Positions 8,444-10,930 of a DNA stretch of 10,930 bases are shown here, in pieces. The notes below the pieces were generated by a model that searched no databases, was not told the DNA's origin, and saw nothing but the letters and a program-made list of their open reading frames with translations. The translations under genes and the position numbers were made by a program. Origin of the DNA: Azolla caroliniana. Taxonomy: Eukaryota; Plantae; Polypodiophyta. The DNA lies in assembly GCA_043228905.1 (NCBI GenBank), contig JBHGNT010001213.1:1-10930 (forward strand), in the 5' to 3' direction. How positions within the stretch are numbered: the first letter of the stretch is position 1; each line of letters opens with the position of its first letter.

Positions 8444-10312
8444 CCCTTGCCGCCACCGTCCATCTCCCTCGGTCTCACGTTGCCATGTCGGCCGAATTGT
8501 CGGGCTCTCCAAAATTGGTGTGAAGGATCCTTCTTGGGCCGTCGATGTTTTCTGAGGCTACTAGCCTGAGCAATCCGTCTTCCCGCCCGTATTCCCATCC
8601 CGGCACCTCTGTGTGACGCGTAACCGTTGACTTCATCTTGCAAGAGGCTTAGTCCCCCATCCTCCTTCACTCGGCACTACTCGTGCCGAACTCCGATCTT
8701 CCCCTGTGCACATTTTGTCGGCCCTCACCCGGCTAGATCGTGCATTACCGCTTTACCCATATACAATTGATGTTGTTTCCGGTCACCGCCCCGAGCAGTC
8801 TATGCCGCACCAAGTTTCTGTTCTGGCACCTCCGTGTGCCATCTCGATCCTTCCTAGTTCGGCACCGCCCGTGCCGAACACTAACCTATATCCACGCCTT
8901 TACCTCGGCCCTTTGCAACCACACGCACATCTTGTTCTGCTTCCGGGTGTGCCCTTTCCGGCTCGGGACACCATTCTCCGCTTGGGTGTGCTTGGTAGCT
9001 TTCTGTGTTGCTACCCGCGTTGGATTACCCTTGTACATTTCAGCCTGCCTGGCCTCCATACTCCTTGGTTACTCCGTGCCTCCAATGTTGCCGCCTTCAT
9101 CCCCTCGCCGCCACCGTCAATCTCTTGGTCTTACGTCGGCTCTTGTTGCCAACCGCCGAAGTCTCTTGTCCGCCATGGAGGCTCCTCCTTAGGTTCCGAT
9201 CTGTTAAGCTCTCGTCTTGTGAACCAAGGGCGTCCGATCTTCACCCTTCTGACCTTGTCGATTGGGTCCGTATCATGTTCGTGGCCCTATAGCCGGCTTT
9301 ATACCTTTGTCCGCTCGTAGGACCCCACTTGCCTTCCACAACCAATGCCCTCGTCCCCCTCGTTGCCATTGTCAGTCTCTTGGTCTTACGTCGGATCTCC
9401 CTACCGACCGCCGAAGTCTCTAGCCCGGTGCGGGCAAGGTCCCGACACCACCACTCACCATGTCCGTAGTTGTTTCCCTCATCCCCTTGCCGCCACCGTC
9501 AGTCTCTTGGTCTTACGCCGGCTCTCCCTGCTGATCGCTGAAGTCTCTAGCCCGGTGTGGAGGATCCTTCTCGGGCCTCTCGTCTCTCCCGACCTTGTCC
9601 CAGGTCGTCCTCCACAAGTCGAGAGGGACACATGCTCCACACTCTATCCCGTGGTACCGCCGTACCGTGCTCTCGGCCTCTCCGTAGGTCTACCTCCTCC
9701 TTCCTTCTGGTTCGGTTATCCAGAAGTCTGCTCCCCCGGTTCTCGCCTGGGCCCATCCGTAAGTCTCTGGATTTTCGGGTCTCGTTCTCCTGCTGCCACC
9801 GTCACTATCTTGGTCTTACGTCGGCTCTCGATGCCGACCGCTGAAGTCTCTAGCCCGGTGTGAGGTGATCCATGGGACCGGTTTTCGTTTCTGCACTCGC
9901 TCTTCAGGCCTGTTTTGGACAAACAATCTATGCCCGGATTGTGCTCCATCCGAATCGGAATGCCAACCGGATCGGCTCCCGGTCGGGCCGACTTCCGACT
10001 CCACCCCTTTTGGCGCCGCCTCTTGATATTTTGCTCTGCCGTGGCTCCATCCTTAGCCTCCTCACAGGCCATCTCCAATCCATCTTCGTTGGCATCGTGC
10101 CAGGACTCCTCATTGTCGCCTTCCATCTCTCCGGTCTCACGTCAGTACCCAGGCTCGACTACCGAAGTCTCCGGAATCGGTGTGGAGGGCTCTCTCCGTC
10201 CGACCTTCGATTCGTCGTCGTCCTTCTCCTTGGCGTTCCCGCCGCTATCTTCCATCTCCCTAGTCTCACGTTGCCACTGTGGCCGAACTGCCAGAGTCTC
10301 CGGAAACGATTT
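8444..10312. repeat. Seven dispersed degenerate copies of a ~75-85-bp unit
   Basis: Copies at ~8444-8522, 9101-9180, 9355-9432, 9483-9560, 9787-9862, 10107-10187 and 10236-10312. Core sequence gccgccaccgtca.tctcttggtcttacgtcggctct...ccg(c/t)gaagtctctagcccggtg. Confidence 0.9.
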
Positions 10313-10930
10313 TGTAAATTTACCCTCCGACAACTTGTCTAGAGCCACCAACTCCTCGATGTTGTCGGTGGAAGTTATCTCTAATTTGATCGTGCAAGCC
10401 CCGCCTAGGCTTGCTTCTCCAATGTCCGGAGTTTCGGGAAATGATGCCCGAAACCATCGGTCTCTTTCCGAACCCATGACCGTTATCTCCCCGAATCCAA
10501 CCTTATCCTTGGTCAGTCTTTTTCCCAAAGCCGAGAGGGTGTCACGCCGTCCTTCAGCCTCAGCATGGGCCACATCCGTCTTTTCCGGAGAGTCGACTAG
10601 CTCCGAGTCCGACTACATGCCAGATCTCTCCTCCTCTTCGACCATCGCCTTCAGAGCCTCGTATGCTTCCCGAACTAGGGCCTCGACGTCAAGTTTCGCC
10701 GGTCCTTCATGTTGTGTGCCCACTTCCTGTTGTGATGACGCGTCATCACGAGTTATCTTCCCTTGCCCTTTCGTGGACCGCTCCTTATCCAACCGCCAAC
10801 ATATTCATTCGACTTCCGACCAGTCCTCAGTAAGGCCATTCGCTCCGTCTTCATCTTCAAACTCAATTCCGATGGCCTCCTGTTTCGCTCGGTCGATCGA
10901 CCTAACGAACAAAAGGACTTTGTCCACCCC
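9716..10930 (-). pseudogene. gag-like frame of element G with a long low-complexity, repeat-derived C-terminal extension; 5' end outside the window
   Basis: The frame from 10930 reads GVDKVLLFVRSIDRAKQEAIGIEFEDEDGANGLTEDWSEVE*IC.., which I recognise as the DKVLLF...GLT-x-DW-x-x-V gag motif of non-seed-plant Gypsy elements. It is in frame with track ORFs 10142..10573 and 9716..10126 across stops at 10807-10805, 10615-10613 and 10144-10142. Confidence 0.65.

Noticed and set aside
8652-8669. Minus-strand purine run GAAGGAGGATGGGGGA as the PPT of element G
   Set aside because: It is not followed by TG, and internal repeat units continue past it (8444-8522). It could still be an internal PPT.
8444-10312. 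CRISPR-like array
   Set aside because: Units are ~80 bp, degenerate and irregularly spaced, with no cas genes, in a eukaryotic retroelement context.
8123-10342. Plus-strand hydrophobic ORFs (8123..8569, 8706..9320, 9345..9863, 9872..10342)
   Set aside because: No recognisable domains; best explained as antisense shadows of the purine-rich minus strand of element G.

Overview
Eukaryotic DNA, very probably land-plant heterochromatin (a fern or bryophyte-like source is my inference from the gag motif styles). I see no host gene, RNA gene or CRISPR array. The window is a nest of about seven decayed transposable elements. (A) 1-3200 (+): 3' end of an LTR retroelement. It carries one ~897-codon extra ORF (72-2765; three in-frame stops, no frameshift) directly before a ~383-bp 3' LTR. 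(B) 3201-4101 (-): 5' LTR, tRNA-Arg-type PBS and gag start of a Ty3/Gypsy element, cut by A. (C) ~4102-4522 (-): an old Gypsy gag C-terminus relic. (D) 4523-~5431 (+): Ty1/Copia 5' LTR, iMet PBS and gag start. (E) ~5432-7147 (-): 3' part of a DNA transposon with a DUF7869/Sola-like transposase pseudogene, inserted in D. (F) 7148-~7463 (+): an LTR fragment inserted in that transposase. (G) ~7464-10930 (-): a retroelement whose gag-like frame runs into a repeat-built region with no recognisable pol, then a 3' LTR. All family assignments come from motif recognition by eye; no searches were run.
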